From assembly GCF_009914755.1 (NCBI RefSeq), contig NC_060947.1: a DNA stretch of 64,000 bases; one strand, 5' to 3'. Shown here piece by piece: positions 13,862 through 29,284 of the stretch; position 1 is the stretch's first letter; every line of letters starts with the position of its first letter. The notes below the pieces were generated by a model. The model was not told the DNA's origin. It worked only from the letters and a program-made list of their open reading frames with translations, and ran no database searches. The stretch comes from the human T2T-CHM13v2.0 reference genome, Homo sapiens. Both the position numbers and the translations under genes were made by a program.

Positions 13862-16143
13862 TGTACTGGGTTAAATAGAATCCTCCCAAAATTCATGTCT
13901 ACCCAGAACCTAAGAATATGACCTTATTTGGAAATAGGGTCTTTGCAGATATAATTAGTTAAGGTGAAGTCACAGGGTAGGCTCTGAGTCCAATGACTGA
14001 TGTCCTTATAAGAAGGACATGTGAAGATACAGAGACAGATACAGTCAACAACCAGAATGCCATGTGATGGCAGAGGCAGAGATTAGAGAGATAATCTAAG
14101 AACTGCCAGCAAACACCAGAAGCTAAGAAAGAGGCATGGAACAAATTCTCCCTCAGAGCCACTAGAAGGACCCAACCTTGCCAACATTTTGATTTTGTAG
14201 CCTCCACAACTGTGAGGGAATAACTTTCTGTTGTTTTAAGCCATTCACTTTAAGCAGCATCCTACTTCCCAGTACCAAAGTCTGTATTAGATTCCTAGGT
14301 CTGCCATAACAAAGTACCACTGGTACTGGGAAGTAAGATGCTGCTTTAACAAATACCTAAAAATGTAGAATTGGATTTAGAATTGGGTAATGAGTAGAGG
14401 CTGGAAGAATTTTGAGCTGCTTGATGGTAAAAGCCTATATTACATTGAGGAGATTGTTGGTAGAAATACGGATGTTAAAGGCAATTCTGGTAAGGGCTCA
14501 GAAAGAAGTAAAGAGACAGTAGAGAAAGCTGCTATTACCTTAGAGAATATATGTGTTCATGATTACATACACGTAATCATGAACAAAATGTTGCTAGAGG
14601 TATAAATGTTAAAGGTACTTCTGGCAAGGCCTTAGAAGGAAATGATGAACATGTTATTAGACACTGGAGGAAAGGCAATCTTTGTTATAAAGTGGCAGAA
14701 ACTTGGCTGAATTGAGTTCTACTGTTGGGCAAAAAGTTTAACTTAAAAGTGACAAACTGATATTTCACTAAGGAGATGAATGGGCAAAGTGTGGAAGATG
14801 CAGACTAGTTTCTCCCTGATGCTTATAATAAAATAAAAGAGGACAGAGGAAAATTGAAGAAGGAACTGTTAAGAAAAAAGGGGACAACACTTGATGATTG
14901 GGAAAATTCTCAGCCTATACAGATAGCGTGCTCTGGAAACAGGGCCAACAGTATAGATGGACAAACTTTCATTGAAGAGATTAAGTGTTAGGGTGTTAGG
15001 ATCCAATCAACCACCTCAGCAGAAGCCAGGAATACAGATGGGGTTATCTAGGAAGAATCTGTAGAGAAACCTCATGTCTAATGGTGTAAATCTCTTGACA
15101 TATATGAGACTGACAATGTTTTTGAGAATCTTATACCAGCAAAAACCACCAGTGCCAGCCTGGTGTGAAAGAGACAGAGACAGGACAAAGGAAGGATGAT
15201 TACAAGAGCAAAGCCACAGACATAGAGGCCAGAGAGGATGGGGCTATAGCTGCCCTGATAGACTGAGTATATGGGCCCAGTGGACAAAGCACTGAGCCCA
15301 GAATATTACTCATAGGCCTTGAAAACTAATGGAATTTGCCATGCTAGGCTACAAACTTGCTTTAGACCAGTAACCCCTTTATTCCCTCATTTTTGCCCTT
15401 TCAGAATGGTAATGTCTACCTTATGCCTGTCCCACTATTTTATTTTGGAAGCAGATAACTTGTTTTCTAGCTCCACCAGTCTCTGGATGGAGAGAAATTT
15501 TGCCCCAGGATGGACCATATCCAGAACCTCACCTATACCTGATATAGATGATTTAGATAATGAGACTTAGGACTTTTTGAGTTGGTATTTAGATGATATT
15601 TGGGACTCAGACTTGGTGCTGGAATGGGTTAAGACTTTTGGGGATGTTATGTATTTTGCACGTGGATAGATGTGAATTTTTGGCACCAGAGGGCAGACTG
15701 TACTAGGTTGAACAGTATACCTCTAAAATTCATGTCCACCTCAAGCCACAGACTGTGAAATATTTGGAAATAGGGTCTTTGCAGATGTAGTTAAATTAAG
15801 ATGAAGTAATACTAGATTAGGGTGGGGCCTAAATCCAATGACTGATATCCTTTTAAGAGAGCACTGTGAAAACACAGATACATGAGAATGCTATGTGATG
15901 ACAGAGGCAGAGATAGGAATTATGCATCTATGAACCAGGGAACACCAAGAATTGCTGGCAACTACCAGAGCTAGAAGAAGTAACGAAGGATATTCTCCTA
16001 GAGCCTGCAGAGAGAGCATGGCCCTGCTGACACCTTTGATTTTAGACTTCTAGCCTCCAGAACTGTGGAGACGATAAATTTCTGTTGTTCTAAGCCACCA
16101 GATTTATAATAATTTGTTACAGCAGCCCTAGGAAACTAATACA
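13862..16143 (+). mobile_element. Full-length MaLR element (MLT1B-like LTR, internal region, LTR)
   Basis: Two similar LTRs (13862 to about 14320, and 15699-16143), both starting TGTACT(G/A)GGTT; MLT-int-like interior; TSD GTAAA/GTAAT. Confidence 0.8.
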
Positions 16144-16447
16144 GTAATTATAGAAAACTCTTCTAAGAATTGTGCTGTAGAAAGGGCAAACTATTGATAC
16201 ATACGACAATATGAATGAATCCCAAAAACATTATGTTGAATTAAAGAAACCTTACACAAAGAACATATACTGTACAATTCCAGTTATATGAAGTTCTAGA
16301 ACAAGCAAAACTAATCTATGGTGGAAAAAAATCACAACACTAGTTGCCTCTGAGAGGGTAGGATGGGAATTACTGGAAAGAAGTATGCTGAGACTTTCTG
16401 TGGTGATAGTAATCTTCTGTGTTGATAGGGGTTAGGTTACACAGATG

Positions 16448-16657
16448 CAGTGTGTCCTGGAGATGGTCCGATGATTGTCTTTATTCCCAATTCCATGTTC
16501 AGTGATAACATATTGGTAGCTTGAAACTGGCTATGGTGGTAATATGTACACCTTGGAAACTGGCAAATGATACAAATCAGGGCCTGTTTTCCCCGCTCCC
16601 CTCCCCTACCCCCCCGCCAGAGACCTGGTTGTTAAACATTTACCAGTATATCACTAC
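16448..16657. mobile_element. MER63A-like hAT fossil
   Basis: TTGGTAGCTTGAAA..GGCTATGGTGG and CTGGTTGTTAAACATTTACCAG motifs. Confidence 0.65.
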
Positions 16658-17140
16658 AGATTTATACACCGGTCAAAAGTCAGCAAATGAACACTTGAAA
16701 GATCTTTACATTTAACTGCTTGCAAATTTTGCAACAAAAGAAAAATCATTAATAAATATTTAACTCTAATTAACAGTATACATGCTGAAGTATTTCGGGG
16801 GAAGGAATTTACATCAGCGGTTTTCTAACATACATTAATAAAGATGGATTGATAGATGGGTATGGGTATAGATAGATTTGTGATAAGGCAAAATATTAAT
16901 GGTAGATTCCAGATGGTAATATAATGGTTCTTTGTGATAAAATTCTTTCATCTTTTCTGTGTGTTTGAAAATTTTCACTGAAAACAAAGAATAGAAAAAA
17001 TCTTTTCCCATTAGGATATCAAAAATATTAACATATTATATTATCTATTTAATATTATCTTTTTTAGGGCTTAAATTTTTACATTTCACTTTTTAAACGA
17101 ACTGCTACTTATTATGGTATACAGTAAAAGAAGAAGATCT

Positions 17141-19547
<2,407 letters not shown>

Positions 19548-19619
19548 GAGGAAAATCTAAATGTATTATTTGTTCAAGTAGCTAATCAATTGAAAGACAT
19601 TTTTCATTTTTATCATTTT

Positions 19620-20480
19620 CTTTAGATAGTTCATGGTAAGCGTATGTAGACCATGGAGTCTGACAAGTATACAAGTCATGTTAAAACCCTAAAAAGAAAG
19701 AAGGAATACTGGGGATGACTGAAGTTATTTGGAAGATAAAAGGGATAGGATCCAGCACAAAATTATACACATTAGCCTTAAGCAGAAAGGACTTCCCTAG
19801 CACTGAGTCAAGAGAGAAGAAAACAAGGGTGAGGATACAGAAGTTAGCAGAGCATGAAGCAGGAAATGGATGAAAGTTCTTGCTGATGGCAGTTTCCTTT
19901 GAAATAGGATGGAAGACTGTTAAAAATGACAAAATAGTAGGAAAGGAAAGAGTAATGAGGATTTAAAATACTATTTATAAGGAATGAAATAGTGAGCTGA
20001 CTAGGGACTAGGAGATAGATTGTTGAACAAGGGAGAGGCTCTAACCAATAACAGAGACGAGAAAGTTGTAGAGGCAATAATCAACAAAGTTATGTTTTCT
20101 TTCTAGCAGTGCCCAGAAGCCATGATGTAGAAATAGAGAAGGCAATTAGTCTGGTTGATTTGAGTTTGAGGTTTTGCTGGGTGGATGTGATACATAGACA
20201 AGGAAGCAAAGAGAATGATTCATTGTCAAGATGGGTGGTTAAATAATGGATGATAGAGTCTAAGTGAGATTTGAAAGCAAGAAGAAATAGAAAGGGGCTG
20301 ACAGATTGGGAGAAAATTAAAAGGTCAAGGAACTGGAGATATAAACAGGGTTGAAGAGATGGTATGTGAATTTAAGAGAGTTATGCGAGCCAGAAGGATA
20401 AGAGAAAGGTTGTAGTCAGAGAGTACCATACTATAGTTGGAGATTTCAGAGGAAATATATTTCTAGAGATAATATATGTT
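19620..20480 (-). mobile_element. L2-like fragment
   Basis: Purine-rich degenerate sequence typical of antisense L2. Confidence 0.5.
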
Positions 20481-20599
20481 TCTTTCTCACTGATTCAAGG
20501 TTAGAAAATGGGATATGTATAACTCCAGAAAAGTTTGTCTCGAGATATAGTAAAATCACACTTAATAAACCAATAAATCTTTTCCAATCACATATACAA

Positions 20600-20845
20600 G
20601 TGCTGTGGACAAAAGTACAGACTTTTGTGTAAGGACAAACATGGATTTAAGTCCCAGCATGGCCACTTAATAATTGTGATCTTAAGAAAATCACTTATGC
20701 CCCCTGAAGCTCAATTTCATTTTCTGTAAATTGGGTATAATACTGTACTATCTCATAGGGTGCTGTAAGGTTTAAATGTGATAATTTACAAAAATACTTA
20801 GCAAGGACTGGCACAAATAAGTCCTCAAAATTAGTAGCTATTAGG
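20600..20845 (+). mobile_element. MIR
   Basis: Core CTCAATTTCATTTTCTGTAAATTGGG and ..CTCAAAATTAGTAGCTATTA end. Confidence 0.75.
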
Positions 20846-21479
20846 ACTTGTTTGTGGGTAAGATGAAGTTAGCACACTTCACTCCGTGACTCCCATTGAA
20901 TAAAGTTATAAAACCTGGAAAGAATGTATGGTACATTTAAATGCTATGAAGAGTGAATGGCAGCAGGAGGAAGGGGTAAGAAACCAAGAATTTGAACTAA
21001 CAAAGAACTCATGTGCAGAAGAGACATGGCATAATCAAATTGCTGAAAATGAAGAGGAAAAAAACATTTTAAAAAGCCTCTTACATTTATGGTAAATTGA
21101 TTTTTCACAAAGATATTAAGACAATTCAATGAAAAAGAATAGTCTTTTCAACTAAAGGCACCAGGACAATTGGCTATCCATATGCTAAGAGATGAATGTA
21201 ACTTAAACAGTGAGGTTTGTAGCATTTCGACTTTCCATCATCCCATCTCCCCTTCTCTAGCTTTGCAGTAGCCTTGAAAACCAACAACCTTGCAACAACA
21301 GAAGCTGCAAAAACCAGCAGCCTATCTGAAACTGGAGTGGCAGACCAGTTCTGGAGCACCATAAAAGCCCCATCCTTGGAGAATTTTCACTATTTTACCT
21401 GGATGGAACTATTTGACCTGCCTGGCACTTCAATGAAAAGCCACATTCTGAGATGTAATTGGTATGACAATTACAGTAG

Positions 21480-24400
21480 AAAGTATGGGAGGTAGAGAAC
21501 AGCTAAACAAAGTTTTTTAATATAATTGAAATTAAGTTGGTTTTAATACAAATTAATTTATTTAAGCCAAGAGGTTAATTGTAATCCCCAGAGCAACCAC
21601 TAACACACACACACATACACAAAAACAGTAAAAGAGGCAAGAAGTTAATTAAAATGGCACATTGGAAAAATCTATTTAACATAAAAGAAGGAATAAATGG
21701 AGGAACAGAGGAACAAAAAAGATAGAAGAGAAACAGAAAACAAAAAGCAAAATAGCAGATGTAAATCCTTAACAGACTCTAATTAAATACATTAAAATAA
21801 ATGAACTAAACTCTCCACTCAAAAGGCAGAGATTGAAATAATTGATTAAAAAGAGAAAATATAATCCAAACTATTTGCTGTCATGAGACACACTTTAGGT
21901 TCAAAAACACAAATAGATTAAAAGCAAAAAGATGGAAAAAGATGTCCCATACAAATAAGAACCAAAGTGGAGCTGAGTTTTAGAAATTTGAGTCTTCTTT
22001 CTGTTTAACTTGATCAGTCTAGCTAAGGGATTATAAATTAAGTTGATCTTTTCAAAGAACTAACTTTTGGTTTTGTTGACTTCCTCTATTATTTCCTCTA
22101 TGTCATTTATTTTTGCTCCATTTTTTATTATTTCTTTTCATCAGCTTGATTTGGATTTAGTTTGCTCTTCTTTTAATAAGTTCTTAAGGTGGAGATTTCA
22201 GTTATTAATTTGAAATCTTTTTTCTTTATTAATATGGGCATATACAACTATGGGCATTACAGCTAAATATCCCCCTAAACACTGATTTTATTTTACTCCA
22301 TAAGTTTTTGGCATGCTGTGTTTTAATTTACCTCAAAATATGTTCTAATATTCCTTTTGATTTCCTTTTAATTCATTGACTGTTTGGTAGAGTGTTAATT
22401 TCCACATATTTGTAATTTTCCTAAATGTCCTTCTGTTATTTATTTCGAATTTCATTCCACTGTGAACAGAAGTGGCAAGAGTGGACATCCTTATCTTATT
22501 TTTGATCTTTGGGGAAGAATTTCAACTTTTCACCATTAATTATGAGGTTAAGTATTAACACACAAATTCGGCCAATTGATTTCTGACAAAAATGCAAAGG
22601 CAAGTAAATGGAGAAAGGATACTCTTTTAACAGTTGGTTCTAAAACAACAGGACATTTGAAGCCAAAAAAAAAAAATAAGTGAACTTTAACCTAAACTTC
22701 ATACCTTATATAAACATCAAGTAGTCAAAATGGATCATAGATCTAAATGTAAAATGTATAACTATATAACTATCAGAAGAAAACATAGGAAAATATCTTT
22801 TTCATGAACAGGTAGAGTTGTTAGATACATATAAATGCACATACATAAAAGGCAACCCATGAAAGGATCAACTGATAAACAAGATTTGAAACAATACTTG
22901 AAAACATTTTCTGTGAGGTAAAAGACTTATACACTGAAAACTACAAAATGTTGCTGAAAGGAATTAAACAAGACACAAATAAATAGACATCCCATGTTCA
23001 TGACTTAGAAGACAATACTGTTAAGACATCAATACTAACCAAAGTGATATACAGATTCAATGTAAGTCCTACCAAAACGTCAATAACATTTTTTTACAGG
23101 AATAGAAAAATCCATTCTAAAATTCATATGGAATCTCAACCAATCCCCAAATATCCAAAACAATTTTGAAAAAGAACAAAGTTGGAGTTCTCACACTTCC
23201 TGATTTCAAAACTTACTACAAGGTTACAGTGATTAAAACAGTGTGGTACTGGCATAAAGACAGGTATATATAGTCAAATGATTTTTGAATAGGGTGCCAG
23301 GATCATTCAGTGTGGAAAGAACAGTCTTTTTTCAACAACTGGCACTGGGAAAACTGAATATCAACATGAAAATAATAAAGCTGAATTTTTACCTTAATAC
23401 CATATACGAAAATTAACTCAAAAGGTTCAAAGACCTAAACATGAGAGCTAAAGCTATAACACTCTCAGAAGATAACATAAGGAAAAGCCTTCATTTCATA
23501 ACAATGGATTTGGCAATGATTTCTTGGATATGACACCAAAAGCATAGACAACAAAAGAAAAAAATCAACAAATTGGACTTCATCGAAATTAAACACTTTG
23601 TGCATCAAAGGACAGAGTGAAAAGGCAATTCTTGGAATAGGAGAAAATATTTGCAAGTCATATATCTTATAAGGAATTAATATACAGAATATATATAGAA
23701 CTTCTACAACTCAACAACAAACAAGAAACTTATTTTAAAAATGGACAAGAGATCTGAACAGATACATCTCCAAAGAAGATATACAAATGGCCAAAAAGCA
23801 TGTGAAAAGATGCTCAACAGCACTAATCATCAGGGAAATTGAAATCAAAACCACAATAAGATAACATTTCATACCCATTAGGACGGCTATTATTTTTTAA
23901 GAAAATAGTAAGTGTTGCCAAGGGTATGGAGAAACTGGAACTCTTATCTTGTGCATTGCTGGTGGGAATGTAAAATGGTACAGTCTCTATGGAAACTGAT
24001 ATGGCAGTTTCTCAAAAAATTACATGTAGAATTAAGATGTGATCCAGCAATTCCATTTCTGAGTATATACCTACAATAATTGAAAGCAGGTATTCAAACA
24101 GATATTTGTATACCCATGTTCGTAGCAGCATTATTCACAAAAGCTAAAACATGGAAACAACTTAAGCATCCATCAATTGATAAACAAAATGTGCTATATA
24201 CATACAATGGGATATTATTCCACCTTAAAAAGAAAATTCTGACACATGCTACAACTTAGATGAATCTTGAAGATATTATGCTAACTAAAGCCAGTCACAA
24301 AAGGACAAATATTGTATGATTCCACTTATATACTGAGAGTAGTCAAATTCATAGAAACAGAAAGTAGGATGGTGGTTGCCAGAGGCTGGTGGGGATGGAG

Positions 24401-25560
24401 AAAACGGGGAGTTAGTATCTAATAAGTACAGAGTTTCAGTTTGGGAAGATGAAAAATTTCTGGAGATGGATGGCTGTGATAGTTGCAGAACAATGTGAAA
24501 GTACTTAATGCCATAGAACTACACACTTAAAAGTGGTTTAAATGGTAAATTTTATGTATATTTTACCACAATAAAAAAAGTTTGCCCTGCAAAAGACACT
24601 GTTAAGAGAATGAAAAGACAAGCTACAGACTGGGAAAAAATGTGTGAAAATCACATATCCAACAGAAGATTGTGTTTAGAATATACAAAGAACTCTCAAA
24701 AGTCATCAGGAAGAAAATAAACAACCCAATTATAAAACAGCAAAAGATTTGAACAGACACTTTAGCAAACAGGATATAAGGATGGCAAATAAGCAAATGA
24801 AAGATGTTCAACATCATTAGCCATTAAGGAAATGCAAATTAAAACTACAATGAGGTACCACTTCACAGCTATTGAAATAACCAAAATAAATACTGACAAT
24901 ACCAAGTGCTGACAAAGATGTAGAGCAACTCGAACTCTCATACATTGCTGGTGAAAATGCAAAATGGTACAGCCACTCTGGAAAATGGTTTGGCAGTTTC
25001 ATATAAAGTTAAATGTACACTTACCATATGACCCAGTAATCCCACTTCTAGATATTTACCTTAGAGAAATAAAAACTTATGTTCACAAAAAAACCTGTAC
25101 AAGAACGTTCATATCAATATTATGCATAGCCATCATAACCTGGAAACAACCCGAATGCACTTCAATGGGTGAATGGATAAACAAACTTTGGAATGTCCAT
25201 ATGATGAAACACTACTCAACAAAATAAATGAACTATTGATACACGCAACAACTCAAATGAGTCTCAAAGGCATTATGCTGAGTGAAAGAAGCCAGTCTCA
25301 CAAGGTTACATGTTGTGTGATTCCATTTACATGACATTTTCTAAAAGATAAAACTACAGTGATGGAAAACAGTCAGTGATTGTCAGGAATTATGGTGGGT
25401 TGGGAATGACTATAAAGGGACAGCATGAGGGAGTTTTTTAAGGTGATGAAGCTATTCTCTTTCTTGATTGTGGTGGTGGTTACATGAATCTACATGATTT
25501 ACAATTCATAGAATTGTACACCAAAAAAGAAGAAGCCCCATGCAATTTTATTGGAAGTTC
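21480..25560 (+). mobile_element. Nested old L1M fragments, with an antisense piece at about 21975-22550
   Basis: Degenerate ORF2 and two successive L1M 3' ends. Confidence 0.75.
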
Positions 25561-25917
25561 ATTTCAAAAGTAAGAAAATATTAGCTATCATATCATCATC
25601 ATCATCAATAATTATACTTTACTGACTAATAAAAATATTCAGAATTATTTGTGAAATGGGATCTAAAAATCATTAAGGTCAATTTATGTCTGGTACAATA
25701 ATTTAAATGTATAGAGAAAAAACAACAGCAGTAAATGTAAAAGCTTTACAACTTCTACTAACTCCTCTCTTTAATATTCTGTATCAGGATAATATGCTCC
25801 CTCTGGATCATTTCCTATAAACATTGTCATATACTGAATATGGAATTAAATAAGTGCTCAACTGGGACCCTAGGTTACATTCCTAAGTCTAACACTATAA
25901 GAAAACTCTCGACTTGC

Positions 25918-25989
25918 CTTTTGTGCCTAATTTTATCTTCCTCTTCATTGAGGTCATGTACTTGTCTGCACTTGTCTTTTTGTGGTATG
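25918..25989 (-). CDS. RBM41: RBM41 72-nt cassette exon (AYHKKTSADKYMTSMKRKIKLGTK) with GC donor
   Basis: Acceptor ccttcacag|CATACC, donor AAAG|gcaagt. Symmetric phase-1 exon, open in frame. Confidence 0.8.
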
Positions 25990-26069
25990 CTGTGAAGGTT
26001 TAAAGCAAGGAGTTTCAAAGATAGGAAACAGAACAGATTCATAAACCACCCACCCTCCACCCCAAATAC

Positions 26070-26285
26070 CAGGTACTGCTTTAAGTGATTTACATGTATT
26101 CTCTCACTTAATCCTCTTAGTAACCCTGTAACATAGCTACTATTAATATTCTCATTTTACAGATGAAGATACTGAAGCATAGAGAGGTAACTTGCCTAGC
26201 ATCTCATAGCTAGTTAAGTGGGGGAGCCAGGATTTTCCCAGGCAGTCTGCCTCCAGAGCCCATGTTCTTAATCATTATGCTAAAT
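26070..26285 (-). mobile_element. MIR
   Basis: CTCATTTTACAGATGAAGATACTGAAGCATAGAGAGGT core. Confidence 0.75.
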
Positions 26286-27869
26286 GTCTCTCCACAAAAG
26301 GTTATTCATTTGTTCATTCATTCCTTCCTTCACCACTGCTCTGCCATGTCTATGATCCTTCTATCTCTAACAAATCATTCATCCATTCTCACGGCCTTAA
26401 CATGTTATCTAAGGATAGATGATTCCCAGTTCTATATATCTAGTTCTGACCTCTCTCCTGAGCTTCACGGCTGCATTTCCAACTGTCTCCTCAACATCTG
26501 CATTTGATGATCCTGCCATTCTCACAAATTCCACATGTTTAAAATCAAACTCATCATCCTTCCTCGAAATTTCCCCATAAAGGCTTTCTTAATTTTGCCA
26601 ATTGGTAAGTCACACAGCCTTGAAACCTCTGGATTATCTTTGACACATACCTCTGCATTGACCTCCCTCCTTCATTTTCAGTCAACGAGTTTTATTAGTT
26701 CTTCCATTATAAACCTACCTCTCTCCAATTTCACTGCTATCACTCTAGACCAAGTCTTCATGCCTAAATGACTGTAATATCTCCTATCCATTCTGCCTGC
26801 TTCCAGTTCTTCCTCTCTCTAATCCTATTTATTGACCACCAGATTAATAATTTTCAAATATGGCTTTTATCATGTCACTTCTGGTTCAAAAACCTTCAAC
26901 CATATTGAAACTAACTGATAACTAACTCTGTATAAGTCTATACTAGTTACCAAATACAGTTCAAAATTTTTAGCTACCTTTCTAACCTTGTCTCACATCT
27001 CCTCCATAGTTAGCACACTCCCTAGTGCTCACACCATCTGTTGCAACTGAAATGTCATTACCTCTCTTTTCTAAAGAATAGGTAGTATTAAAAGAACATT
27101 TAAATCTTACCTCCGAGAGGGCTTCTTCAATCACACCAATACACAGTGGCCTTTGCCTCCTCTGAACTCCAACAACACTTAACAAATGTATCTAGTATTG
27201 TCACTAAATGTTACATGTTTATCTCTCCAACCAGACTATACTTGGCACAAGGTGAGGAACCATTTCTTAAACTTCCATGCACCTTCCACAGCGTCTAGTA
27301 AAACTTATCTGTCAAACTAAATCCTTCTGGTTAAGACACATACTATTTATCTATATATTTTGTGCTAATTTGTAGTTCAGCCTAAAGACCCTTCACAATC
27401 TAGCTTCGCCTCCCCTTCCTTCCAGTGTCACCTCCTGTCATTCCCTGCCACTTCTTCTACTCCTGCCACGTTAAACTTCTCATTGTTCCTTAGACACACC
27501 AGGTTCTTTCATAATCCTGTTGCTATTTACTACCTTTAATCTCCATTCCCCTTTATTTACCTGACAAATGCCCATTGATCCATCAGGAGTTAGTATAAAT
27601 GTCAACTTCTGACTCCCCCAACTAGACTTAGATGCTCTGTGTTCTGCACTACCTCAGCATTTTATTCAAATCTCTATAATAGCAGTTTCCATGTTGTCAT
27701 GCAACTAACTGTGCACATATTTGTCTCTCTTATGGTATTATACATTTCTCAAAAGTAGTGACAATTTGTCTTTCCCCTATTCCCTTCACTAACTCTTCAT
27801 ATTTAATGCCCTGCTGTTTAATCTTTCTCTCAGTGAAAGAATATATCAAAGTCAGTGGGGATCACATAC

Positions 27870-28074
27870 CTTGGTAATAAAGAGCCTTAAGGAAGGAGTG
27901 ACGATCAGCTCCCTGAAATAAAGACTTTTCTATTTCCATTTCTCGCCGGGTCAGCTGTTTGCTCTTTGCAAATCTCTGTGGCAGGCAAAGAATGCGCTGA
28001 CGCTCCGAGATCCTTTCTTCAATATCTTGAAGACGGTTCTGTATTGCTTCAGGAGTTGCCCTCAGTTTTGTCTT
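27870..28074 (-). CDS. RBM41: RBM41 coding exon 4 (KTKLRATPEAIQNRL...ALYYQ)
   Basis: Acceptor tttcag|AAG, donor CAAG|gtatgt; 205 nt. Confidence 0.95.
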
Positions 28075-28379
28075 CTGAAACCAGAGGAATGAGATGGCAT
28101 GTATCATAGAGGGCACAACCTGAACATGATGATCTGGTATCTCAAGTAAAAAGATGACCTAGGCCCAGAAATGAATGTTTACAGAAAGTGTTAGCTAAGA
28201 AGTTAAAGAACAGCTTCTCTTTTACCAATGTCTGCATTCTAAAAATCAAAGAAGATTCAGACACCAAGCTCAGTTTTGTGAGAACTAGAAATGAAAAGGC
28301 TCTCAGTGCTAAAATGAAGATATTTTGCTCTGTTTCTTTGAGGAGAAAAACCAACAAAAAAAAACATTACCCCACTCAC

Positions 28380-28572
28380 CTTTTCACCAGAAACATGGCT
28401 CTTCCAGATCAAGATTTCTGTTTCATTAAGCCCTAATTCCCTGAGAGAAGCAGTTTCCTGGTCCTTCTCATGCAGTGTCTGGAATTGGGACAAAGTCATA
28501 GTCCCAGCTGCTTCCTTCCCAAAGGGCTTGTACATAGTACCAGGAGCAAAGCTCTCTTTCTTAGACATACAT
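28380..28572 (-). CDS. RBM41: RBM41 coding exon 3 (CMSKKESFAPG...VSGEK)
   Basis: Acceptor ttttgcag|A, donor AAG|gtgagt; 193 nt. Confidence 0.95.
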
Positions 28573-29167
28573 CTGCAAAACATGCAGGAGGAGAGTAAGA
28601 ACATCTTGAGGTTACTATCATTCACAAAAATGGAGGTTCAGCACTGTAAGAGGTACAATGAAACTCACCAGCAAATTTTCTCTTACATCTTATTTCTAAG
28701 CTGAAGCACCACTGCAACAAAATGGAACTCCATCGAGAGTGCCGTCATCCAGGAATAATAAACTAAATCAACAAATATTTATTGAGTACTTACTATGCAT
28801 CAGATACTCTGCTAGGTACTAAGGATTTAATAGCTTTATAAAAAAGATAAAAATGGCTCCTGCTTTTGTGGAAAAACAGTGGAACAGAGGCAAGTAAACA
28901 GGCAATGATAATATTGGGTTACAAGTGCTATGTTAAGGGAAATATGGGATGCTGTAGGAGGACATAAAATAGGTACTTGGCTCAGACTTAGTGAGATATG
29001 GGAGGCTTCCCAGAGGAAGAGACACAGAATTAAAACCCTACCTAATACATTGAAGTCTAACAAAGAAAGGGAGGTGGGAGAGGAACATTCCATCTAGGCT
29101 TTAAGAGAGATCTGTCACCTGGAGGTAAGAGTCTATGATACTCTCCGTTTGCAAAATCAATACCTAC

Positions 29168-29284
29168 TCCTCAATGGAGACAGAAGTATCAAGTTGATGC
29201 TGAAGGAGGCTTTTCAGCTGCCTCTCCCCTTCTGTTTCCAGCTCCTCCAGGACATGCTCATCACTCTTCACACAGCTGTTTACC
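29168..29284 (-). CDS. RBM41: RBM41 coding exon 2 (VNSCVKSDEHVLEELETEGERQL...SIE)
   Basis: Acceptor ctactccag|G, donor GA|gtaggt; 117 nt. Confidence 0.95.

Noticed and set aside
25745-25814. Possible extra RBM41 exon (tttatag|GAAATGATCC..., in-frame TAA after about 14 codons)
   Set aside because: Weak pyrimidine tract and no independent support; cannot be called without RNA data.
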